From: a virus
Length of the DNA stretch: 64,000 nt
Virus genome (UHGV): UHGV-0179428
Strand: one strand, 5' to 3'
Shown piece after piece: positions 9,173 through 18,121 of the stretch. The number at the start of each line of letters is the position of its first letter. Positions within the stretch are counted from its first letter, which is position 1. The notes under the pieces were generated by a model. That model was not told where the DNA came from. It saw nothing but the letters and a program-made list of their open reading frames with translations, and searched no databases. Made by a program: the position numbers and the translations under genes.

Positions 9173-9658
9173 TTAGTATTTAGATTGTTCTACGTACTTC
9201 TTAACCAGGTAAGCGAATTCGGCAACACCGATATCACCGAACCAAATCAGATAACCGGGGTCGATGTTGTAGTAATAGCCGACGAGTTTCTTGGTGTGTG
9301 GGTTGTATAGCGTTACGATGTATTCCCAACCACAAGCGTTAGCTTTACAACCGCCACTTTCAATCCAGATTTTGTTGTTGATGTTTACCGGATACATGTT
9401 ACCGCCAGGGCCATCCATGTAACCTTTAGAGCCGAACATACCATCCAGCCCCACAGGGTCTAATGTTTTATCAACAACGGCTTTAAACGACTTATCGGTA
9501 TCGTACAAGTCGTTGATGTTTGGGCACGCATTTGGCTGACCTTCCCAAGCGTTTCCATCACAGGTAAGCAGTTCGTCTACGGAGGCCGCATCTACACTTG
9601 GTGTGGCACCGATAAACAAGAAAACCAGAAAGAACATCAGTGTGTGTAAACGTTTCAT
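9173..9658 (-). CDS. secreted protein with signal peptide, hypothetical
   Basis: ORF track; N-terminal MKRLHTLMFFLVFLFIGATPSVDA; AAAGGAG RBS. Confidence 0.7.
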   Translation of the reverse strand: MKRLHTLMFFLVFLFIGATPSVDAASVDELLTCDGNAWEGQPNACPNINDLYDTDKSFKAVVDKTLDPVGLDGMFGSKGYMDGPGGNMYPVNINNKIWIESGGCKANACGWEYIVTLYNPHTKKLVGYYYNIDPGYLIWFGDIGVAEFAYLVKKYVEQSKY

Positions 9659-9676
9659 TGTAACTACTCCTTTAGA

Positions 9677-10063
9677 TTATTCGGCAGGACGATTTAAGGT
9701 AACGCGTCCGATTAATTCGGCGTTGTGAAAGAAGTCCACAGCGGTATAGTTACCAACTGATAGCGGATGGATACTAACTGACATTACCTTTGGTTGTTCG
9801 CAAGCGATATCCGTCAGACGTTGGTAGACTTGTGCACGGGTGTCAGCAATGAGTAATCCCGTACACGTTTCACCACGCACTAAACGATAAACTTGCAGTT
9901 TACCGAAACTGCGCATTAACGTAGGCGTCTCGTCCGGGTTGATAATCGGTGAGTCAGGAGCCGGTTCGTAATAGCGGACATCCGAATCACCGAAAGCATA
10001 AGTGCCAGTAATTCCGACTGCACAGAAAATAATGATAGTATAAAGTATAGTTCTGATATTCAT
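9677..10063 (-). CDS. secreted protein with signal peptide, hypothetical
   Basis: ORF track 9677-10069 (GTG); ATG at 10063 gives MNIRTILYTIIIFCAVGITGTYA signal-like N-terminus. Confidence 0.6.
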   Translation of the reverse strand: MNIRTILYTIIIFCAVGITGTYAFGDSDVRYYEPAPDSPIINPDETPTLMRSFGKLQVYRLVRGETCTGLLIADTRAQVYQRLTDIACEQPKVMSVSIHPLSVGNYTAVDFFHNAELIGRVTLNRPAE

Positions 10064-10091
10064 TTTCACGCACTCTAAAAAAGATTAATAG

Positions 10092-10553
10092 TTATTTGTT
10101 AGGACGGGTGTGTCCACAGTTCTGGAAGAAAGTTTCAGACAGACGTTCGCCTTCTACGGTAAAGTTAGCGGCATCGTTACCATTGATACTCACACTGAAA
10201 GTTTTGGCATTACCGATAGCATTAACGAAAGCAACCCAAGCGTGTTCTGCTTTGTCACTACCGTCCACGGTAGGGATGTTATAGGTTTTGCCGTTTACGA
10301 CAATATCCATCGTGTTATCTTCAGCGTTAGTTGCACCTACGGGTTCACCGTAATACCAGACCATGCGACCGTAAAATTTGCGATTCGCAGTTTCAGTGTC
10401 ACAGTTGATAGACAGTCCGTTTCCGGCGGTGTCTTCAATTTCGTAAACTGCCTGGCCAGGGTTTTGTATTTGTTCCCAGCTGTTGATAGCGGCGTGTGCA
10501 GTATTGAGGCCGAAAGTTAAAATGGTTATTAAGAAAGTGATAAAGGTTTTCAT
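10092..10553 (-). CDS. secreted protein with signal peptide, hypothetical
   Basis: ORF track; N-terminal MKTFITFLITILTFGLNTAHA; AAGGAG RBS. Confidence 0.7.
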   Translation of the reverse strand: MKTFITFLITILTFGLNTAHAAINSWEQIQNPGQAVYEIEDTAGNGLSINCDTETANRKFYGRMVWYYGEPVGATNAEDNTMDIVVNGKTYNIPTVDGSDKAEHAWVAFVNAIGNAKTFSVSINGNDAANFTVEGERLSETFFQNCGHTRPNK

Positions 10554-10599
10554 TGAAATGCTCCTTCGGGTTATGGGGAAATTCCCACAAATTATGAAA

Positions 10600-10971
10600 T
10601 TAAATAACTGTGTTGGGTAATGCTTTAATCTGTGTATAACTATCTCCGATACCTCTTATCATTTCCAGACGCTCTTCTGTAGAAAGGCTTTGGTTAATGT
10701 CTTTGTCAAGATTGAACAGTGTCAAGAGTTTTGCAATTGCAACCGTCAGGTTGTCGGACAGCTCGTTGTTTTTACGCCATTCTTCGTTACGGAAAATAGA
10801 GATAAGGTCTTTCGCCTGGCCTTCAGCGTGTGGTTTGGCTAACTGCGCGTCACGCTGTTCGATAAGGTATGCTTCGTTAGTAAGTAAACGTTTCAGGTTT
10901 TCTGGGTTAGTGGCAGCGCGAGTAACGATCATTAATACAACAAACGGGTCTTTAAATAATTCGTTTTTCAT
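10600..10971 (-). CDS. hypothetical protein
   Basis: ORF track; TTTTAGGAGAACTAAAG-ATG; preceded by conserved promoter-like leader module. Confidence 0.7.
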   Translation of the reverse strand: MKNELFKDPFVVLMIVTRAATNPENLKRLLTNEAYLIEQRDAQLAKPHAEGQAKDLISIFRNEEWRKNNELSDNLTVAIAKLLTLFNLDKDINQSLSTEERLEMIRGIGDSYTQIKALPNTVI

Positions 10972-10979
10972 CTTTAGTT

Positions 10980-11050
10980 CTCCTAAAATGGTTTTAGTTA
11001 AGTGAGTGCTTTTGTACTCTCACCTAAGTAATATATATCTGAAATTATTT
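10980..11050 (-). promoter_or_regulatory. conserved promoter-like motif plus 5' leader hairpin (copy 1)
   Basis: Motif TAAGTAATATATATCTGAAAT (plus strand) next to 11-bp-stem hairpin TTAAGTGAGNG-loop-CTCTCACnTAA and AGGAG RBS; about 80 nt nearly identical to 48075-48150. Confidence 0.5.
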
Positions 11051-11063
11051 TTAATATTAACGA

Positions 11064-11097
11064 ACAAAAAAATAAAAGGTGGGGGTTTACCCCCACC
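11064..11097 (-). terminator. rho-independent terminator
   Basis: GGTGGGGG-ttta-CCCCCACC hairpin then T tract on minus strand. Confidence 0.65.
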
Positions 11098-11101
11098 GAT
11101 G

Positions 11102-11680
11102 TTATACATCGAACCGGTACTGCCGGGAGTTAATGAGGAATTCGGTATTCAGCTCAATCCATTCGAGTAAATCACCCAACGGTAATCGGTTTGGGTTTTC
11201 TAACTCAATAGACGCTACCGGATAAGAGTTTACTAATTCCGTAATTGCCTCAATACCCTCTTGCGTTCCGTCGTCTTCTAAGGTGATTGTAAACGGCATA
11301 TCGGTACGTCCCGCATTAGGATTGTACAAACTGACTTTCGTTGCTTGCACAAACGCAGTCAGGTCGTCTCGCATAATGCGAATATCCGGCGCTAGAACCA
11401 CCCAGAGATGTTGCCCTGGCTGGAGTTTACGTTTTGCGTAATTTAAGAAAGGACTTGCCGTCAAGTTCTCTAAACTACAACAGATGTTACGTAAATGGAT
11501 TCCGCGTGGATCTTTGTAATCCACGTCGAAAATCCCCACAGGTTCATTCGCTGCCTGTTTTATCAGAAAGGCTAATACCGTGTCCGCTCTTTCTGGTAAG
11601 GAAAGCTCTATTCCCTCAAGCTCCCCATCGACGAGATTTTCTAACCAAACGTCTTTTCGCATTTCTATTAATCGGTACAC
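11102..11680 (-). CDS. hypothetical protein
   Basis: ORF track; GTG start after GAGGTGG. Confidence 0.65.
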   Translation of the reverse strand: MYRLIEMRKDVWLENLVDGELEGIELSLPERADTVLAFLIKQAANEPVGIFDVDYKDPRGIHLRNICCSLENLTASPFLNYAKRKLQPGQHLWVVLAPDIRIMRDDLTAFVQATKVSLYNPNAGRTDMPFTITLEDDGTQEGIEAITELVNSYPVASIELENPNRLPLGDLLEWIELNTEFLINSRQYRFDV

Positions 11681-11692
11681 GGTTCCACCTCA

Positions 11693-12466
11693 CTAATAAT
11701 TAAGTTTTACATCGGCAATAAACAGCAACTGTTTACCGTGTTGCTGCACTTCTTTCCAACCTAGCTTCATAGCAGCGTCAACAACATCTATCATGCTGTA
11801 ACGAGACATCAACGCGGTTGATTTTGTTCCTGACATTAAGTAAAGCGGCTCGTTGGGGCAACGGTCGCGTGCATCAGGAAGTTCCCGAGAGACTGCTGAG
11901 CCTTCGGGTACGGTAACAACATGAATCACGGTAAATGGTCTTTTGTGGGTTAAATAAATACGAAACCCAACGTGTTCAGACTCATGAAAGACTTTTTTCA
12001 CAACCACATCTTTTAGTGTCGTCTGAACATCAATCCCAGGTAATATCATGGATTCGCGAGAAACAAAACAACGACTATTTTCAACCGTGGAGAAATAATT
12101 ACGTATCGGCAAACTGGCGTTATGATCGTGCAGTTTTTTGCTCAGTAGATCGAAGTTCAGTTCTTTAACTTTCTCTAGCCATTCTTTGGCTTGTTGTATG
12201 TAATAACTACCAACGGTGCGATAAGTCAATACCTTACCTGTGCTTACTTTCCAAAGTTTAACGCTTAGTGAATTCGGCTTATAGCGACGATACTCACCCC
12301 GCGTATAGTTGATGCGCTCGTAACGCTCTACATCGTCAACGGGCGCAGATTCGATCGATTGTAATTGCAACGTACGATCTAATCTATCGGCGAATAGTAG
12401 TGATGTTAGCGGACCTTCGATCAAATACGGTTCGGTTTTAAAGATATCATCTAGATGGATTTTCAT
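11693..12466 (-). CDS. hypothetical protein, member of C-terminal GW..QLLF module family
   Basis: ORF track; AAGGAAATAGAA-ATG; C-terminus KLGWKEVQQHGKQLLFIADV shared with neighbours. Confidence 0.75.
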   Translation of the reverse strand: MKIHLDDIFKTEPYLIEGPLTSLLFADRLDRTLQLQSIESAPVDDVERYERINYTRGEYRRYKPNSLSVKLWKVSTGKVLTYRTVGSYYIQQAKEWLEKVKELNFDLLSKKLHDHNASLPIRNYFSTVENSRCFVSRESMILPGIDVQTTLKDVVVKKVFHESEHVGFRIYLTHKRPFTVIHVVTVPEGSAVSRELPDARDRCPNEPLYLMSGTKSTALMSRYSMIDVVDAAMKLGWKEVQQHGKQLLFIADVKLNY

Positions 12467-12533
12467 TTCTATTTCCTTCTTAACAAAAGCCGCGACTAAA
12501 GCGCGGCAGTTAGAGAAAGTGTATTTTCACTTA

Positions 12534-13685
12534 TTAGAGGTCAGCAACAAACAACAGCTGACTGCCGTATTTTTGCACGTCAGCCCAACCGTAGTCTTTC
12601 CCGATTATAGGTAGATGTAAAGCATCCAGCTTCTCGTCTTTCGCCTTCAGTTTCGCCATTAACGCATTGGACTCCTCAGCACTGAGCAGTAATGCGGGTT
12701 CTTTTTCAGTACGTCCTTCTGCGGTCGGGAAGAAATCGTAATAGCTGCGAGTAGGTAAATCGACAGAAAAACTACGATTGCCTATTGTGATGAAGAACGC
12801 AACTCCTTCACAGTTAGCGTCTACACTACACGACCACCCCGCCTCTGTTAAAAGGTCTTTTAACAGACACCACACTTTAAGTTGGTTCTTAGAAAGTGTA
12901 CGGTAAATAGCAAGATGGTCAGGAAGTAAATGCACACCCATAACCACGTTTTCAGATTTCTCGTCAAGCAACTCTGGATGTTGAATCGGGAATAATAATT
13001 CACTGATACCCACGCTATCAATTTTGTTAACAAAATCAGTTAATTCATCTTTTAAGGTACGCACGGATTTTTCTCCTTCGACTTCAATAATCTGGTGGGG
13101 TTCGCCGCTAATTAAAATGTGGTAAACGATATCGTCGGTAGAACGGTAAGTGAGTTTGATAGCTTTATCACTTAACATTTCGTAGCGGAAGAAACTTTCG
13201 TACCAAGTTGACCCGAAATCGTTTCGTGTAAGTTCCTGCTCAACTTTGATGGTTTTTGCTTCAAAGCCGATTAACCCGCTTAATAACGCGAGTTCTGGTT
13301 TAGTTAAAATGTCCGCGCCGTGAAAGGGCACTTTCTCAAGCTGAAGACATAAATTACTGACTTTACCACTTGGGAAGACCTTAAACATAATCTTCCGGCT
13401 GCTACTCTTTTCCCTAACAACGAGTTTACGGTAATTTAGTCCACAATTTGTGTAAACCGCGAACTTGTAACCTTCAATTTCTTCATCGTAAGTACAGACA
13501 TCGACAGGCGCGATAATCTCATTGTATTCAGTAAGTACACAGCAGCCCAAGTTATAACCAAACAACTCACGTTGTAATGAAGACTCGATGGTTAAGCTTG
13601 GTAGCGACCAAGTCCGATTATAGCATCTGTCCATCAGTTCTTTTAGGATTTTGACATGTCCCGGTTTAGAAATAATATTTCGCAT
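12534..13685 (-). CDS. hypothetical protein, member of C-terminal GW..QLLF module family
   Basis: ORF track; CCTAAAGGAGAGTAAAA-ATG; C-terminus DYGWADVQKYGSQLLFVADL. Confidence 0.75.
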   Translation of the reverse strand: MRNIISKPGHVKILKELMDRCYNRTWSLPSLTIESSLQRELFGYNLGCCVLTEYNEIIAPVDVCTYDEEIEGYKFAVYTNCGLNYRKLVVREKSSSRKIMFKVFPSGKVSNLCLQLEKVPFHGADILTKPELALLSGLIGFEAKTIKVEQELTRNDFGSTWYESFFRYEMLSDKAIKLTYRSTDDIVYHILISGEPHQIIEVEGEKSVRTLKDELTDFVNKIDSVGISELLFPIQHPELLDEKSENVVMGVHLLPDHLAIYRTLSKNQLKVWCLLKDLLTEAGWSCSVDANCEGVAFFITIGNRSFSVDLPTRSYYDFFPTAEGRTEKEPALLLSAEESNALMAKLKAKDEKLDALHLPIIGKDYGWADVQKYGSQLLFVADL

Positions 13686-13714
13686 TTTTACTCTCCTTTA
13701 GGTTTTTTCGTTAC

Positions 13715-14269
13715 TTAAGCAGGGTAAGCTAAGAACAACAGCTGCTGGCCGATTTTACGTACGGTATACCAACCGTGGGCTTTAGCGACCGCGATCAACG
13801 TTTCCCAGTCGTCAACATCGCACTGTTCATTCCGAAGTCTCGTAAAGAGTGCTTCGGCTTCGCTTTGGTTTAATAACTTACCTGGGTTGTCTGGGGTACA
13901 GTCAGTAGGGGTTGGAAAGAAAGCATACTGACGCGCTAAGAGAAAATCGACCAGATACTTGGTGTTCTCTTTATAAACCAGCGTGGAAGTCTTCCCTTCG
14001 TGGAAGAAGCTGCCTGTTTTCCAAACGCTATCTTTCAGTAGGCTTTGAAAGTAATCTGTAAAACCCGTTCTAAACGGGATATGGGCTTTACGTGTGATGT
14101 TGCGACGCAGTGGGGTTTCCTCCACAGCTTGTACACTTACCCCTACTATCATCGCACCTGGCTGAATAATGGTATTGGTCAGTACGGTATAAGGACGGAC
14201 AAAGAAATGTTCGCCTACGCCCTTTTCAAGGGTTTGGATAATTTCATTTTTCAGTTCAGTTTGAAACAT
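13715..14269 (-). CDS. hypothetical protein, member of C-terminal GW..QLLF module family
   Basis: ORF track; AAAAGGAGAATATACC-ATG; C-terminus AHGWYTVRKIGQQLLFLA. Confidence 0.75.
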   Translation of the reverse strand: MFQTELKNEIIQTLEKGVGEHFFVRPYTVLTNTIIQPGAMIVGVSVQAVEETPLRRNITRKAHIPFRTGFTDYFQSLLKDSVWKTGSFFHEGKTSTLVYKENTKYLVDFLLARQYAFFPTPTDCTPDNPGKLLNQSEAEALFTRLRNEQCDVDDWETLIAVAKAHGWYTVRKIGQQLLFLAYPA

Positions 14270-14298
14270 GGTATATTCTCCTTTTTCGGTTTTCTTAA

Positions 14299-15036
14299 TT
14301 ACGCGGTTTTAATTAACAGCAGATAGTCCTTCGTAATCTCAGCACAACCCCACCCTCTCATCGCGGCGATTTTACGAAGATCAATTTTCTCGTGATATTT
14401 CAATAAGGGATCATCTGAGTTAATCTCAACCAGGTGGGTGGCTTTAGAAATCGTTTCTACATCAGGGATCTGTTTTGCTAAGTCTGATGCAATTAACTCG
14501 ATGATACGGTATCCCTCTAACACAGAAACATAAATGCGTAAACCATATAGCGTGCCCTCGTCTTCTAATGGACAAAGATCGATGCCGGGTCCAAGCAGTG
14601 ATAACTCGACGTTATCGGGAAGGTTTTCCGCATTTCGGAGTAACCCTATCCCATTTCTAAACAGAGGGAAGTAAGAGAATAGTGGTGGTAAAGCCCAACC
14701 GTTCCCAATAAGCACATCGGCGATACTAGTAGGTGTGTTCGCAAGGAGACGAATGTGGTCAGCCACAACTTCAAGTTCGGCGTCACTGATCAACTTATAG
14801 ATTAACATGACACTGGTTTCGGTATTAATAACAAAGAAGACGCGGTTGGCGTAACTGCCTATCACGTATTCGTCAATCATACAGTCGATAACGTCACTGT
14901 CTGGATAATCTTCAGGTTTAATTGTTCCAGCATCGATTAACTTAGCAGGTTGCGATTGTTTTATTAGTTCGTTAACCACCGTAGAAGAAAGTTCTAAACT
15001 GGTGTTGGTAAAGATATCGTCTAGTAATTCTCTCAT
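14299..15036 (-). CDS. hypothetical protein (degenerate C-terminal GW module)
   Basis: ORF track; weak RBS; C-terminus MRGWGCAEITKDYLLLIKTA. Confidence 0.6.
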   Translation of the reverse strand: MRELLDDIFTNTSLELSSTVVNELIKQSQPAKLIDAGTIKPEDYPDSDVIDCMIDEYVIGSYANRVFFVINTETSVMLIYKLISDAELEVVADHIRLLANTPTSIADVLIGNGWALPPLFSYFPLFRNGIGLLRNAENLPDNVELSLLGPGIDLCPLEDEGTLYGLRIYVSVLEGYRIIELIASDLAKQIPDVETISKATHLVEINSDDPLLKYHEKIDLRKIAAMRGWGCAEITKDYLLLIKTA

Positions 15037-15278
15037 GATTTACTCGCTAATCCCAAAGAAGGGAAGGCTATTATTATGGATTGTAAAGGAGGTATAAGGA
15101 AGTCACTACGTTCCTCTGGGAAGAGTATGTCGGTATACTCCGTATACCTCCGCTATTTATATCCGTATACATAATGCCCCCTACCCCCTACCGGTATCCC
15201 GAGTAGCAGAATAAAGGGTCATAATGTAATTTTTTAGTAACCTTTAACGAAAGGTACTAAAAGGGTAACGTGTCCGTA

Positions 15279-15332
15279 GGGACTGAAGTACCAGTTCAGT
15301 CCCTATTCACTTAAGTAAAATATATCTGAAAT
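15279..15332 (-). promoter_or_regulatory. conserved promoter-like motif plus hairpin (copy 4) in divergent intergenic region
   Basis: GGGACTGAA-gtacca-TTCAGTCCC hairpin followed by CACTTAAGTAAAATATATCTGAAAT. Confidence 0.4.
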
Positions 15333-15357
15333 CAATTCCGATCTAAGGAACGTCCCG

Positions 15358-16323
15358 ATGGAGAAATCCAGTGTTGATTTTTTCTCAATTGGTATCGTCG
15401 CGGAAGACAAACCCCGTGGTACAGATCGGGTAAAAGTGATACCAATTGAAACCAACTTTGCTAACCCTACCGTGGTGCAATCTGTTTCTTCAGCAACTGA
15501 AAAGACGCATGAAACATCCGGTGCAACAGATAACCTAACCATTAAGACGGGAAACACGATAACAGCAAAGTGGTGGAAGTTTAACTCCAACCGAATTAAT
15601 TCCCCTGACGTTAAACGAGAAGACTACGTTATCTTGTTACGTTTGGGGAAAACCGATATTTATTTTTGGATTGATCTGAACTTCGCTAACGTTAAGCGAT
15701 TAGAAGATGCGGTTTATGCGTGGTCGGCTGACCCTGAAAACCAAATGGCGGATGACTTGTCCAATGCGTATGTGTTGAACGTTTCGACGATTGACAAACA
15801 TATCACGCTAAGAACGAGTATGGTGAATGGCGAGAAAGCGGCGTGGTTGTTTCAGTTTGATAATGCAAACGGTACGTGGCAGTGCGTTGACCATAAAGGA
15901 AACAAGTATTACATTAACTCGGTTGAAGATGATCTCGGGTTTGAGAATGCGATGCTTTCAAAAGTGAACATCAACAAAGAAGATGCGTTCATTTATTCAA
16001 AGCGTTCTATTAACCTGGAAACGAAAACGATTAATGAAAAATGCGAAGTCCGCAATACGGAAGCAGCGAGTTCCGTTACGTTTAAAACACAAACCTGGTT
16101 AACAGAAGCGGGCAGTTCGACAACGTTTAAAACGCCGAACTTTAAACAGGAAGGGAAGGAAGCGATGTTCACCGGTAATTTGGAAGTCGCTAAGAACTTC
16201 AAATACGGTGGTACGGGTGAGGGTGTGGGTGTCTTTACGGTTAAAGATGCCATTATTTCCGGTATTACCTTTAGCGTTCACATTCACCAAGGTAAACATG
16301 GCCCGACATCACCTCCGCAATAA
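15358..16323 (+). CDS. putative baseplate central spike / beta-helical fibre protein with C-terminal HxH apex
   Basis: ORF track; AAGGAACG RBS; C-terminal beta-strand-like repeats ending in SVHIHQGKHG, reminiscent of metal-binding spike tips. Confidence 0.35.
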   Translation: MEKSSVDFFSIGIVAEDKPRGTDRVKVIPIETNFANPTVVQSVSSATEKTHETSGATDNLTIKTGNTITAKWWKFNSNRINSPDVKREDYVILLRLGKTDIYFWIDLNFANVKRLEDAVYAWSADPENQMADDLSNAYVLNVSTIDKHITLRTSMVNGEKAAWLFQFDNANGTWQCVDHKGNKYYINSVEDDLGFENAMLSKVNINKEDAFIYSKRSINLETKTINEKCEVRNTEAASSVTFKTQTWLTEAGSSTTFKTPNFKQEGKEAMFTGNLEVAKNFKYGGTGEGVGVFTVKDAIISGITFSVHIHQGKHGPTSPPQ

Positions 16324-16529
16324 TTCCCCTTTTTCTTACGTTGTGTTTATATATTGTGACCTGACGTTGGTAAAGCTTTTTTATCAACACTTTTCTTAAA
16401 CCCATCGTTTAGTTAAGCAGGCCACTTTTTCGCGCACTCTACTCCTCCCTACGGGGAGGAGCTATCTTATGCTTCGGTTGTAACACACGTCGGTCTTAGA
16501 CCACCTTCCTTTTGAAATGGAGAGCTGTT

Positions 16530-16739
16530 ATGTCTATTAAAGAGTTCTCTTCTGCTGAGCATATTCCAGAAGAGTTTAAGAAAATCGGTAACGTTAGCGC
16601 CTTCGGCGACACCGTTGATCATGTAACGGGTAAGCTGGCTGCTGAAGCTGAAAAAATTGGCGGCGACGCATTCAAAGTTATCGGTATTTCCGGCAACAAC
16701 AAACTGCACGGTAACGCAATTGTCTACAAAAAAGACTAA
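16530..16739 (+). CDS. DUF1471 (YdgH/BhsA-like) domain protein lacking signal peptide
   Basis: ORF track 16512-16739; ATG at 16530 after GGAGAGCTGTT; KIGNVSAFGDTVDHVTGKLAAEAEKIGGDAFKVIGISGNNKLHGNAIVYK fits the DUF1471 pattern. Confidence 0.5.
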   Translation: MSIKEFSSAEHIPEEFKKIGNVSAFGDTVDHVTGKLAAEAEKIGGDAFKVIGISGNNKLHGNAIVYKKD

Positions 16740-16744
16740 GCGAA

Positions 16745-16800
16745 AAAAAAAACGTGCTACTCCTACCCTCTAAGAGGGTAGGAGGTTACTTTATTTTTTT
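16745..16800. terminator. bidirectional rho-independent terminator between convergent genes
   Basis: CCTACCCTC-taa-GAGGGTAGG hairpin flanked by a 10-A run upstream and a T-run downstream. Confidence 0.7.
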
Positions 16801-18053
16801 CGTGCTCTAAAGCGATGCATTTCTAAATACACTTTTTCCCAGGGACCGAATGGACCGACGATTGCTTGCGCGTCGTTAATCTTCTTCTGATTATACCACC
16901 GGGCTTCACGAAAGACGTAGTTTTGACTGTCGAATTCGGTGGTGTTAAATACCCACTCACCCTCCTCCCATGTAGGCCAATAGCCCACCGTCTTTCCGAA
17001 ACGATTATTTAAGTACCCTAATGGTTTTTCAGAATCAGGATCGCTAGGGTCCTTGAGATAACAACGTCCCCAAACTGCGTTATGCGATACACCCACAACC
17101 TCTTCTTCTAAATACGGATTATCTACCGTAAAGATAAACGAAGACTCGTGGAGTAAAAGCGCCTTTAATGTTTCGGGGTTGCGAATACGTTGGACATTAG
17201 TAGGTGTTGATAAATCCCCTACACCGATGGCGTCCCAGTCGTAATAGCGGCGGGTTTCCAGAACGGTCCGCGCAAGATCAAAATTCGGTAAAGAAATCAT
17301 GATCGCACGGTCGGAGAAATAACCGCCCGGAGGCAACCAACGTAACAGTCCACCGATGACGAAACCCACCGTTTTTCCCGTGATAGATTCTGGCAGCGAA
17401 ATCATTAGCGTGGAGTAATAGTCACGTGTAGTGTCGAGCTTGTTTAGGGTAAGGTTGGCAATGGGGTAAGTTTTAACATTCCCTAACTGACCAAAAACCA
17501 TACAGCCGATATCTGGCGTACAGGCTCTTCGTACGATTTTACCGGCTCCAGGTAATCGCACACCTACGGTATCTGTCTGATGCGGTACCCATTGACCGTT
17601 AATGTTGTACAGTACACTATTACGGTATTTGTCCTTCCACTTGTCCTCACAAACGATGACAACGTCATCAGCATCGTCTAAGCTGAAATCTTGACTGTGG
17701 TGGTACCCAGGCGGACACAGATATGTTTCAACGGGTACGTCGGCATTAATCGATTGGTAATGTGCCCAACTGAATTCGAGTTTCGGCAATCCGGCCCTTA
17801 GAGTGGGGATGACGTTTCCGGCTTTTTCATTTAACCAATCTTGTAAAGTGTCTGTTCGGTTTTGTAGTTCGGCAAGATGGTATTGGCTGACTAACGTATA
17901 GTCTTTACCAAGTGCACTTAAACCGATCTCAAAGGTGTGGTAGTCTGAACACAACGTATTTAAGGGTTGCGTGACATCGATGGCTCCCCAGGTACGGGAC
18001 TCTCGAGAGAAGCCAAAAGCGCTGTCGGGCCGCACTTGATAAGCAGTAGTCAC
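16791..18053 (-). CDS. hypothetical protein (possibly virion-associated)
   Basis: ORF track; divergent from the fibre gene block; bidirectional terminator at 3' end. Confidence 0.7.
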   Translation of the reverse strand: MTTAYQVRPDSAFGFSRESRTWGAIDVTQPLNTLCSDYHTFEIGLSALGKDYTLVSQYHLAELQNRTDTLQDWLNEKAGNVIPTLRAGLPKLEFSWAHYQSINADVPVETYLCPPGYHHSQDFSLDDADDVVIVCEDKWKDKYRNSVLYNINGQWVPHQTDTVGVRLPGAGKIVRRACTPDIGCMVFGQLGNVKTYPIANLTLNKLDTTRDYYSTLMISLPESITGKTVGFVIGGLLRWLPPGGYFSDRAIMISLPNFDLARTVLETRRYYDWDAIGVGDLSTPTNVQRIRNPETLKALLLHESSFIFTVDNPYLEEEVVGVSHNAVWGRCYLKDPSDPDSEKPLGYLNNRFGKTVGYWPTWEEGEWVFNTTEFDSQNYVFREARWYNQKKINDAQAIVGPFGPWEKVYLEMHRFRARKK

Positions 18054-18121
18054 AGCTCTTTTCCTCTATAGATTCAAGTCATAGTATGAACTTCGACGCC
18101 CACGGACTATAGGAGTAGAGA

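Noticed and set aside
15092-15190. Possible 32-aa ORF in the 15037-15357 intergenic region
   Set aside because: RBS spacing is acceptable, but the peptide is arbitrary in composition and overlaps the direct repeats; more likely regulatory DNA than coding
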